Origin: Takakia lepidozioides
Lineage: Eukaryota; Plantae; Bryophyta
DNA: 64,000 nt
NCBI GenBank assembly: GCA_030704615.1
Contig: CM060733.1
Span: forward strand, 71,610,001 to 71,674,000
Reading direction: 5' to 3'
Numbering within the stretch: position 1 is the stretch's first letter; the number at the start of each line of letters is the position of its first letter. A model generated the notes under the pieces. The model searched no databases. It saw nothing but the letters and a program-made list of their open reading frames with translations, and was not told the DNA's origin. A program made the position numbers and the translations under genes. Positions 53,620 through 64,000 of the stretch are shown piece after piece.

Positions 53620-54250
53620 AGCCGGCATCGGGCCGTCACATTACTACCCCCGGATGGAAATTCGGCACCGAATATCCAACAGGGGCCACCCGGTTGAAGT
53701 TGCCTCGGGCAGAGAGGCCGGCACCTGTCCGACAGAGAACATCCCCCGGATGGAAATTCAGAGCCGAATTTCCATCCGGGCCCCCCAAAGGAAGTCATGT
53801 CGGGGGGTCAGGCCGAAAACTGGCCGACATAAAAACCTCCCCGTATGGAAAAACGGCACCGAATTTCCATCCGGGGCCGTTCGGATGCAGTCGGCCCGGG
53901 GGAGAGGCCGGCACCTGGCCGTCACATTACAACCCCCGGACGGAAAATTGGCACCGAATATCCAACAGGGGACGCCCGGATGAAGTCGCCTCGGACGGAG
54001 AGGCCGGCACCTGTCCGACAGAGAGCATCCCCCGGATGGAAATTCGACGCCGAATTTCCGTCTGGGCCCCCCCAAAGGAAGTCCTGTCGGGGGGTCAGGC
54101 CAAAAACTGGCCGACATAAAAACCTCCCCGAATGGAAAAACAGCGCCGAATTTCCATCCAGGGCCGTTCGGATGCAGTCGGCTCGGGGGGAGAGGTCGGC
54201 ACCTGGCTGTCACATTACAACCCCCGGACGGAAATTCGGCACCGAATTCA
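53620..54250. repeat. B-type palindrome array (96-bp spacing) of B2
   Basis: Collinear with 25680-26310. Confidence 0.9.
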
Positions 54251-54753
54251 GGAGAAATTAAATGAGAAGAATAAAGGCCAAAGGAAAAGGACAAGGAAAC
54301 AGGTGAGTACAGTAACACCCAAAAAAACAGAAAACCATCGGAGCATCGGAGGAGGCGCAGGAGGGGACCCAAGGGAGTGACTCGGACGACGACTTTGTTC
54401 AAGGTCCTGCGACTGCTACCAAGTCACCGGTCGTCCGGGTTCCCAAGTCAGTTCGGAGTGGGACTGGCTCTGCCAAGAAATTGGCATTTGAGGGCGAGCC
54501 TACACGGCGGTATTCGGCAGTGACGTTTACGCACAGGCCAAAGCTAGAACCTCCAACCATCATCCAATGCGTCAATGAGAGCTTCCTTGACGCTCTCGCT
54601 GCCAGGGCGAAGAAGGTGGCACACAGCAAGTCTCTGGCGGAGCAGAAGGGGAAAGCCATGAAGAGGGCTGCCGGTACAGAGCCTAAAGACACCCCTGGTT
54701 TTGAAGCCATGATGGAATTCTTCACAGCTGTGAGCACGGATTGCAAGAGCACT

Positions 54754-54786
<33 letters not shown>

Positions 54787-55389
54787 GAGGTGGAGAGAGC
54801 TTGCGATATGATTCTCCTCGACATTCCAGATGGGGAGCTGCTGGAGGGCCTGGATGGTGTGCCCAACTGGAACAGGTTTACTGAGGACTACTGGAAAGCC
54901 AGGTTTGGGCTGGCGGGGATGCTCCTGGATGACGGTGGATGTGTGGTTGTCCTTGCCACAAGAGGGAAGACCACAGAGAATGCGGTGGCAAGGTGGACAC
55001 CGAAAAGTGTCACCCCGGTCTTCCTCAGAAAATGGTTCTGCATCAATACACATGGGTTGCGAACAAAGGGCCAAAGTGTAAGTTATCAATCTATTGCATT
55101 CACCTCATATTGTGGTGTATCTAAACTAGATCCCGGAGTTGGTCCCTCTTTTGTTGGATGTGCAGACATTGGTGTTTGAGGCATATTGCTTTGTGAAGAG
55201 AGGGTCTACGTTCAAATTCCGCAACGAGATGCCGCTGTGGACCCTGTTACCTACGATGTCCTCTACAACTATGTGCCCCAGTCCAGTATGCCGAAGGACA
55301 CAAAGACAGGCAAACCGTGGCGGTACAGCCGGACCCGGAGCCCTGCTTTCATCCAAACCCTCATGGAGACGTGCTCGGATGTCACCTGA
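54250..55389 (+). pseudogene. Methyltransferase-like 3' part of the B gene
   Basis: CDMILLDIPDG (DIPDG at 54820-54834), LLDDGGCVVV and WRYSRTRSPAFIQTLMETCSDV are collinear with element A 5300-6130, including the intron position. Confidence 0.75.
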
Positions 55390-57200
55390 GCGGAATTCCA
55401 GACTATCTTGACATGTGGTCGGACCCTGCAAACGATCCAACCATGTATACTGCAGGAATATTGAAGGACTGGAATCCTTCTCACTTCAGAGACTGTGGGT
55501 GGTACCTTGACTGCCCACCGGAGCACACGACCTTTCAAGAACAACATATGAAATACTTGAACAATAACGCTGAGATGCTGGCGCCTTTGACTGACGAAGA
55601 GTACCAACAAAACATAGCAACATTGGCTGCCAAGGAGCCTGACGCTCAGGGAACGCCGCAGAAGGGAAAGAAGGCGGGCCGCAAACCAAAAGACAAGGTT
55701 GTTGATGTCATAGCCATCTCACCAGCAAAGCCAAAGGACAAAGACAAGTCCAAAGAGAGAAGGAGAAAGAAAAGGAGATGGAGAGTGGGCAGGACTTTAC
55801 TGCTGGAAGATATACCCGCACTGTTCAGTGCGTGTTCGATGCCAAGCCACACCCTTCCCGTTCTGATTCGACAGGAGAGATGAAAATTGTTAATGAGGGT
55901 TGGTTGTCGATGATGCAGAGTCGAAAGAGAGGATACACTGGGGGTGCCATCCCCTACCTGGGACAATATAATCTCATTCCTCAATCTGGTGAGAATTCCA
56001 GTTTCTTTTCTTTTTCTCTGAAAGTTTCGTTGGCAGTATTTCAGTCTCGTTCTTTGAAAACATTCTTGTCATCGTTCTTATAAAAAAACATGTTTGTTGC
56101 AGGTGAGCACAGGTCCCACCTTCGTGTGCGGTGTGCAGAAAACTTATGCGGCCGACATTGTCATTCTCGACATCCCGGATGGCCAGGCTGTGCCAGAAGT
56201 TCTTCCAAAGGGCAAGACGCCAGGCTGGAACAAATTCGAGGACAACTACTAGAATTGGGTGTTCGGGTTCTGTAACAACTTCCTCTCTGATGCAGGGACA
56301 CTTCTGCTTTTTCAGTCATGTGACAATGATAGTCGTCGGGCATTGGCATCATACCTCAAGTCTTCAGGGTTTGAAGTTTTGCGCACATGGAATTGTGTGA
56401 ACAGCCTCTACCTTGTGAAAGGGGGTTTCCCTGGTCAGCTGGTATGCCGTCTCCCTTCTGCTTGTGCTTTCATGATGAGTTTCAATGTTCTCTGCAGCTC
56501 CACTCTAGTAGAATGTGTTATGATCGACACCGATCATCACCGATTCATGATTTTTTTGTGTCTGAGTTCTGAATAGCCGATGTACACACTTCCACTATAG
56601 ATTATGTTTACCACACTAACCTGCTATATTTGGCAGACGAGGATGTTCGAGGCGATCTGCCAGCGGAGGATTCGCACCTCAAAGACACCATCCTCCATCC
56701 GCAGCTTTGAGATTTCTGACCAGGGTTGTTTCGTCAACCCCCCCTATGAGCCCCATGTCGATGACATTTTGTACAACTTCATGCAGTCCAGTCAGACTCT
56801 GAAGAGACCAGATGGCACTCCCTGGAGAGGTGCAAAGGAAAAGTCCCCAGCGTCCATGCAAATACTGCTGGAGTCGCAGCCACTGCTCTGCACGGGTGGT
56901 CGATCTTTCCGTGTCCACAGGTTCGTTCTTTCCCTTCCGAATTGGTTTTCTTTCAACAGTTTCATCTGCTTAAATCCCCCCCACCAAACTGTTCATGTCC
57001 TCCTGTCTGGTGCAGGAGCAACTTACCATGCATGCAAGGCAGGCGGAAGAAGCCTTTTTGGCATGGAGGGTGATTTTGACCTCTACAACACAGTGCTCCT
57101 CCCCTTTTGTCTGGCTCCACTTCAGGCACACAGACTAATCGGATTCAAATTCGAAATGATGACGATCCCGAAGATAAGCAGGTCGACAACGACTTTTCAT
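55390..57200 (+). pseudogene. Second, more divergent methyltransferase-like paralogue (spliced)
   Basis: W..HFRDCGWYLD matches element A W..HLVGCPWYLD. Motifs in order: DIVILDIPDG (DIPDG at 56169-56183), FLSDAGTLLL, WRGAKEKSPASMQILLE, VVDLSVSTG, ATYHACKAGGRSLFGMEGD. It has a stop and a frameshift. Confidence 0.72.
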
Positions 57201-58959
57201 GTGAGTAAGTGCTAAACCCTCTTTGGGAGCCATACTCAATTTCTCAATAACATCAAAGTTACAGTAATAACTTTTTCAGGCTGTCTTTCAGGAAAGGCAG
57301 CGGTGGATCTTCAGGAGATACAGTCATCTCTGGCGAGTCTGTTTTCGACAGCCCCCTTTCCAATTTTCTACTTCCTGTTTATGCCGAAGCAATGACACTT
57401 CACGCGGCCGAGTCCCTATCCCCTGACTTTTTAGTGGCCAGCCGTAGGTGTATCCAGCGTGGATCCGGTGTTCCAAAATACTTAGACTTAGATGCAGAGG
57501 AAGCGGGGATACATTGTACTGACTCTGAGTCAGACTGAACTGTATTCTTTTAATATTCATTTTCATACTATCTGGAAAACGTTGAATCCCCTTCCTCCAC
57601 CGTAGTTGTTCCTTTAGAACAAATAATAATCACAGAATCAACTTTCATTTAAATTGCAATATGTATGAATCCATCTCACAAACCTCCCTGACTCTTCTCA
57701 TATCCATTGTGCATTCATCTACAGTGTATTCATGCGTGCTCCATTCATGAATTTTTTCCTTTGTTCAACATCCATTGTACATTCATCCTCTATACTCTTT
57801 AATCCACCCCACAAACCTTCCACACTCATTTCATATACGTTGTGCATTCGTCAAAAGTTTTGGTCATGCATCTTTCTGTCATGATTTTTTGTCATTGCTC
57901 AACATCCATTATACATTCATCCATTTTACTCTTATCCATCCCTCATTCATCCATCTACATTCATTTTTCACACTCATCCATCTGTTTATCATCCAATTGT
58001 ACATTCATCCATCCTTTATTCAATGCCTTTTATTATGTCGTCCAGCTTGTTTCCGCGGTAAAGGGTGCCAATCCGCGGGAATACACTCCACTTCTTTCTG
58101 GGCGCGTGGTGACGCGGCCTTCACGTGTGATGACGTGGAGTGAGCCCCGTGACGTGGCATTTGCGCAAGGTGACGTGGCGTGAGCGCAGTTGCGCTCACG
58201 TGACCAGGCTCACGCCGAGGCATCCCTGGAAAAGCTGGAAGTCCTCCAGAACCGCGCGCCATTGGTGATTGGCTGGCTGTAAGTCTAACTTCATGAATTT
58301 CTTGTTATTCTCACATTCATGACCTGTACATATACCTAGAATAAGCATCTTGACGCCTAAGCAATCTATTATTCACCGTGCAGTCTAGGGCAATCTGGAA
58401 GCAATGTTTGCAAATCGGAAAATTGTGTACAGAGTCAGGTCTGCTGGTTTGCCTTATATTCGAGAGTACGCGTTCCGATTGTGTAGTACATGTACCACAT
58501 GTGCAGAAGACACTGAATTTACCCCTGGATGCGCTGGTCCATGGAGTGGAGAAGGAAGGCAATGACAAGGAGCAGTTGGTCAGGCAGGTCGACAGTCTTG
58601 GGAGTATTATGGCATGGCCGACCTTGTTGTCGCCCCTGCACTTAAAGCGCAGAAAGAGCACTGAGTCCGTCACATCCGTAGACTCTTCCTAAACTTTTTT
58701 TCTGCATGAATGCTCGTTCACATGACTTCTACAAGCAGGCTCTCTAGGATTTGACAATGTTGCATGTGGTCACACTCGCCAGAAATCAGGCTTTGAATGA
58801 GGGAGGTTTGCCATCAGGTTGGGCTTGGTATTTTGGTCATTGTCATAGCATGGGTTGGATTGTTTAGGGGAAGTCTGACTACAAAACACAAGCAGCACAC
58901 ACAAGAGGTCCTTTTGGGTTGATGGTCGGTCAAATCCTCCATGGGTCATGACACAAGGA

Positions 58960-61900
58960 CAAGCTCCAGATTACCTATGATTCCCTGTGGAAGGATAGAT
59001 ACAAGAAACTTGCATGGGTAGATAATCAACTTGAAGCAGCAGCAGCAACAGCAACATCACAATTGAAAAAATCAGGCACTGTTGATGAAGGCACCTTCTT
59101 CAACACATTTCACCCTGTTTTCTCCTCCTATCAGAATCGGCCCTAAATTTTCATGTTGAATTCTGCAAGTTAGCTGGTTGAGTGAATCTAGGATAGTTTG
59201 GAATGACTTTGACATGATACTGCCAATGTGACAACATGAAAGTATCCAAAAACAGGTAACAGAGACGAGGAGAAGCTGTGGAATGAATATTTTTCTGACC
59301 CCAGACAATGGTGGGACAACCGAGGCAAAAAGGTGAATGCCTATCAGATTACCAGATGTCATTCTGAACACTGCCCCTGCCCTGGTGGACATGTATGCCA
59401 AATGTGGGTGCATCGAGGATGCCAAGGGATCAGTGTTCAACTCTATGGCTGAACGAGATGTGGTGTCGTGGAGTGCGATGCTTGCAGGGTATGCACAACA
59501 GGGGTGCGGGATGGAGGCTCCAACCTTTGAGCAAATGATGGGGGAAGGGGTGAAGGCCACCGACATAACGTTTGTGTTGCGTTTGCAGTGCGTATGGCAG
59601 CCCTGGAAAAGGGCAAAGAGATCCCTGGTGACATCATCAAATCTGCAATTGTACCAGATGTCATCCTGAACATTGCTCTAGTGGCCATGTATGCCAAATG
59701 TGGGAGCATTGAGGATGCCAAGGGAGTGTTCAACACTATGGCTGAATGAGATGTGGTGTCGTGGAACGCGATGCTTGCAGGGTGTGCAAAGCAGGAGCGC
59801 AAGATGGGGCTTTGGAGACCTGAAAGCAGATGATGGGGGAAGGGGTGAAGCTCGACCACATCATGTTTGTGTGTGTTTGCAGTGCGTGTGCAAGCCTGCA
59901 GCCCTGGAAAAGGGCAAAGAGGTGCATGGTTGCATCACCAAAGCTGGAATTGTACCAGATGTGATTATGAACAATACCCTTGTGGACATGTATGCCATTG
60001 TGGGAGCATTGAGGATGCGGAGGGAGTGTTCAACACTATGGCTGAACGAGGTGGTGTCGTGGAACACAATTCATCTAAGAGGTCGATTTTAAACACAAGA
60101 TTACTTCTGATTCCCTGCGGATCAATAGCTACAAGAAAGCTGCGTGGGTAGATGGTCACCTAGAAAGAGCAGCGGCAGCAGTGCATTTGATAGAACAAGG
60201 CGCTGCTAATGAAAGTACCTTCTTCAACACATTTCAGCCTGTTTTTCCCTGTTATCAGAGTTTTTCCCTATTTTTTCCTAAATGAGCATGGATAGAGTGT
60301 GGGTCCAGATTCATCCAAGAGGGCTGGACTTCAAGCTCCAGATTACCTTGATTCCATGTGGGGGTCAGTAGCTACAAGAAACCTGCATGGGTAGATGGTC
60401 AACTAAAGGCAGCAGCTGCAGCGGCACAGTTGATAAAATCAGGCACCTCAACCATGACCACAGCTTCTGAAAGAGAATCAAGAGAGGGAGTCCACAATGC
60501 CTCTTCTGGCACTTCTGGGCATGTGAAGATACTTTGTGCGACAGCCTGACAGAGGCTCTACAGACTCTAAACCAAGGAGGCAGTTCAGCAGATTCAGATA
60601 TGTATGTCTGTCTCTTGATTAAGTGCATCAAGATGGAAGGTCTCGAAGCTGGCAAGCAGGTGCACACTCACATTATCCAAAGTGGATTCACACCAAATGT
60701 TTTTCTACTCAACACCCTTGTCAACCTGTATGTTAAGTGCCGGAACGTCAGGGATGCTCACCAAGTGTTCAACAGAAGGCCTCAATGACCTTTGATCACG
60801 TGGAATATTATGTTGAAAGGATTTACCAAGCATAGGTGTGGTAGGAATGTTTTGGAGACATATGAGCAAATGATGTGCGAAGCGGTGAAGCCCAACCACA
60901 TCACATTTGTTTGTGTTTGCAATGCGTGTGAAAGCCTGGGAGCAAGCTGGAATTGTACCAGATGTCATCTTGAGCACTATCCTTGTGGACATGTTTGCCA
61001 AATATGGGTGCGTTAAGGATGTGAGGGGAGTTTTCAACACTCTGGCTGAACGAGATGTGGTGTCGTGGAACGTGATGCTTGCAGGGTATGCACAACAGGG
61101 GCACGAGATGGAGGCTTTGGAGACCTATGAGCAAATGATGGGGGATGGGGTGAAGCCTAACCACATCACAAGGCATTTCACCAGATTCAGATATGTATGT
61201 CTGTCTCAGCTTGCTTAAGTGCATCAAGATGGAAGGTCTAGAAGCTGGAAAACAGGTGCATACTCACATCATCCAAAGTGGATTCACGTCAAATGTTTTT
61301 CTACTCAACACCCTTGTCAACATGTATGTTATGTGTGGGAGCATCATTGATGCTCACCAAGTATTCAACAGACTGCCTCAACGATCTTTGATCACGTGGA
61401 ATATAATGTTGGCAGGATGCAATGCGTGTGCAAGCCTGGGAGCTCTGGAAAAGGGGAAAGAGGTCCATGGTGACATTGTCAAAGCTGGAATTGTACCAGA
61501 TGTCATTCTGAACACTCCCCTGGTGGACATGTATGCCAAATGTGGGTGCATTAAGGATGCAAAGGGAGTTTCCATGGCTGAACGAGATGTGGTGTCGTGG
61601 AGTGCGATGTTTGCAGGGTATGCACAGCAGGGACCTGGTATGGAGGCTTTGGAGACCTATGATCAAATGATGGGGGAAGGGGTGAAGCCCGACCACATCA
61701 CGTTTGTGTACATTTGCAATGCGTGTGCAAGCCTGTCAGCTCTGGAAAAGGGCAAAGAGGTCCATGGCGACATTGTCAGATCTGCAATTGTATCAAATGT
61801 CATTCTGAACAATACCCTCGTGGACATGTATGAAGGGGGTGTTCGACGGTATGGCTGAACGAGATGTGCTGTCGTGGAGTGCGATGATTGCAAGATATGC

Positions 61901-62232
61901 ACAGCAAGGGCGCTGGATGGAGGCTTTGGAGACCTATGAGCAAATGATGTGCGAAGGGGTGAAGCCCGCGCTTTGCATTGCATGATGTTGAGGAAGAGCT
62001 TAAAGAATCGTCTCTTTGCCACCACAATGAGAAGCTGGCCATTGTTTTTGGGCTCATCAACACACCCTCTGGGATGTCTTTGGGGATCATCAAGAATCTT
62101 CGGATGTGTGGTGATTGCCACACAGCTACCAAATTCATCTCAAAGTTAGCTAAGCAAGAGATTGTTGTACGAGATGCAAACCGCTTTCACCACTTCCAAA
62201 ATGGTGTTTGTTCTTGTGGGGAGTATTGGTGA
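58960..62232 (+). pseudogene. Rearranged PLS-class PPR gene with DYW deaminase domain and OSB-type PDF motifs
   Basis: Repeats LVDMYAKCG, RDVVSW, GVKPDHITF and LEKGKEVH. C-terminus HHNEKLAI...[10 protein letters not shown]...RDANRFHHF...CSCGEYW* at 61978-62232. Many frameshifts and stops. Confidence 0.88.
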
Positions 62233-62929
62233 AATGAAATGCTTGTCACCTAATTGAATGTATTGAACTCTGTCAGTTGCGAGTCAGGTTGGACTCCAAC
62301 AGTGGTAGCAAAGGCGCACGAAATCTCTTTTTGGAGAGGAATTCTCAACAGTAGGTTTTGAACATAATTGAACCTTGCGAAGGTTGAAACTGTAGAACAA
62401 GTTCAGAAACTGTCCTAGTTGATGAATAGAGGTGCAGTGACTAGGTCTTGATGGTCTTCAAGAGGGTCACTCTCTGATGAAAATACCCAGGACTGTATAT
62501 CAGAAAATGGAAACTTTCTTCAGGCCTCTTGCACATCGGGCATTAACAATGTCCTTTTCCTCTCTGCATCTGATTACCGTTCAAAATGAGATTCCACAGC
62601 AAGTTTTATCGAGGGCAAACAGATTTGTTTTATTATATTATATTATATTATATTATATTTTTAAATAAATAAACTTGATATAATATAAAAACATACATAT
62701 ACATATTTGAGGGTATTTTTTAATTATTGAAAAGGAAAATATACATACAGAAGGGGGTACTTTTTAAAAATTACAAATTTCTATATATTTACAGGAGGGG
62801 GTTTTATAATCTTCAAAATGTATGTACAGAGGGGGTATAAATGATCCAAGGACCCGTATACAGGGGGTTTTTTAATTAGGCGGCGAACGTACGTGATACG
62901 GACATTTTATAAAGAGTGCACCCCCCAGG

Positions 62930-63092
62930 CTGAATTGAAACTAAACAATGTAGCACTTGCCTGGATAAAAAGCACTAGAACAGCCCGCTACTGCCTCCAA
63001 CGTATGAATTGCATGACATTTTGCATAGGAATTGAAACTAAACAAGGTAGCGCTTGCCTGGATAAAAAGCACTAGACCAGCCCGCTACTGCT
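62930..63092 (+). repeat. Two copies of a roughly 62-bp direct repeat, next to an AT-rich tract with TACAGxGGGG motifs (62630-62870)
   Basis: gaattgaaactaaacaa...cttgcctggataaaaagcactaga.cagcccgctactgc near 62932 and 63029. Confidence 0.75.
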
Positions 63093-63329
63093 TCCATAAG
63101 TGACGATTGTTGGCTTCCGGTATAAAAGAGAAAAGTAAGGGGCATTCCCATTTGCATTCCCATAGTGGGCAAATTACGTCTGCTGTGTGGGAAGGGTGTT
63201 CGCTATTCTATCCTATTCTGCATATCAGTCATACGAAGTTTTTTTTTTTTTTTTTCCTTGATGGTAATGGAGATACCACCCACACATCCTGGGCTTCTCC
63301 AGGATGGAGACCTGACAGCCTACGGTCAA

Positions 63330-63720
63330 AGTGTGCTTCCTCCCAATGATCTAGTATCCATCCTACAAGAAAATCTTGTTTTGAAACAGCATAATCCCAT
63401 GTAAACCAATCATTTGTGAGGGCTTTCCCCCACTTCTTTGTAATTTTGGTCTCCACGTACTTTTCTATGTATGTCATCACAAAATACCCGCACTCCCACC
63501 CCCCTGCTTGCGTAGGAACGCCAGGTGTAAGCCACTCCCAGTCCATAATTCCCTTCCACAAAGCTGAGTCGGGCTCCGCTTTATATAAGAATGCTCTGAA
63601 AATTTGCGGAGGCATCTCAAACACATCCCGCTTGTGGGAATGCAAGCTGGGAAAAGAGTTGAGATGCACAAACTTGTTTTTATCGAAGACCATCAAACTC
63701 CAGTGACCCCTGCACACCAT
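63330..63720 (-). pseudogene. ULP1-type (peptidase C48) protease fragment, probably transposon-borne
   Basis: GHWSL, LNSF (catalytic Asp position reads Asn) and PTQAGGWECGYFV match the H-D-Q-C layout of C48 proteases. Confidence 0.7.
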
Positions 63721-64000
63721 TAGGTGAGTATGAATCAGATGTTGTTGCGTATAGTAAATTCCATAAGCAAAGGCAAAAGGAAACAGGGGGGTTTTGTCGA
63801 GTCAATGACATACCCCGTGCACAATGGCATGAACCACGTTGGTACTATGGCTGGATCCTTGCACGTTCAATTCTCACCCATCCACATGTCAACCAGGGAC
63901 CTGCACACAATCTCAGGACTGTTTCGTGCTACCTCCAGGGCAGTCCATATCACACAGGGGGGACCAGACAGTGGGGGAGCAGAAACTCGAGAGGGATTGG

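Larger units (their letters stand above)
51768..55389. mobile_element. Subfamily B copy 2, internal deletion derivative
   Basis: TIR and left arm match 13514-14352. It contains a roughly 55-bp island of 15411-15464, the transposase 5' region and the palindrome array, then jumps at about 54250 to the methyltransferase-like exons. The right TIR was not found. Confidence 0.85.
49845..58226. mobile_element. Candidate third element (C) bounded by about 190-bp diverged inverted repeats, with B2 nested inside
   Basis: Both ends read GGGATGC...GGCGTGAGC...GTGAGCG...TGCGCTCACGCCACG inward, and ACCGCGGA follows about 175 bp in. No TSD was found. Confidence 0.45.

Noticed and set aside
54755-54784. Poly-Gly insertion or G-quadruplex from a 30-nt G run
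   Set aside because: Element A has only a short G-rich stretch here; homopolymer expansion or a sequencing error is more likely.
56735-56750. NPPY as the catalytic methyltransferase motif
   Set aside because: It aligns with VDPNC and VDPVT in the paralogues, is not conserved, and lies away from the motif IV position occupied by DIPDG.

Overview
Eukaryotic, most likely non-seed land plant, genomic DNA; the organism cannot be identified from this window. It holds one intact host gene, a 15-exon phospholipid:sterol O-acyltransferase (PSAT1, 33116-47114, +), and a decayed PPR-DYW locus carrying OSB-type PDF motifs (58960-62232). Both sit in nested transposons: a chromodomain Ty3/Gypsy with intact LTRs and TSD, LINE remnants, CACTA-like ends and a ULP1-protease fragment. 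The most unusual content is a family of large Mutator-like elements (A: 1-9139; B1: 13514-29379; B2: 51768-55389; possible C: 49845-58226). Besides a GCM-zinc/DDE/SWIM transposase, they carry a spliced gene for a ParB/Srx-like domain (VWDGNHRL) joined to a beta-class N4/N6 DNA-methyltransferase-like domain with a non-canonical DIPDG motif. These genes are flanked by dense arrays of a 22-bp palindrome at 53-bp spacing (about 5 helical turns). The palindrome differs between subfamilies by compensatory substitutions. All element copies here are degenerate. Domain calls come from motif recognition by eye and need profile searches.
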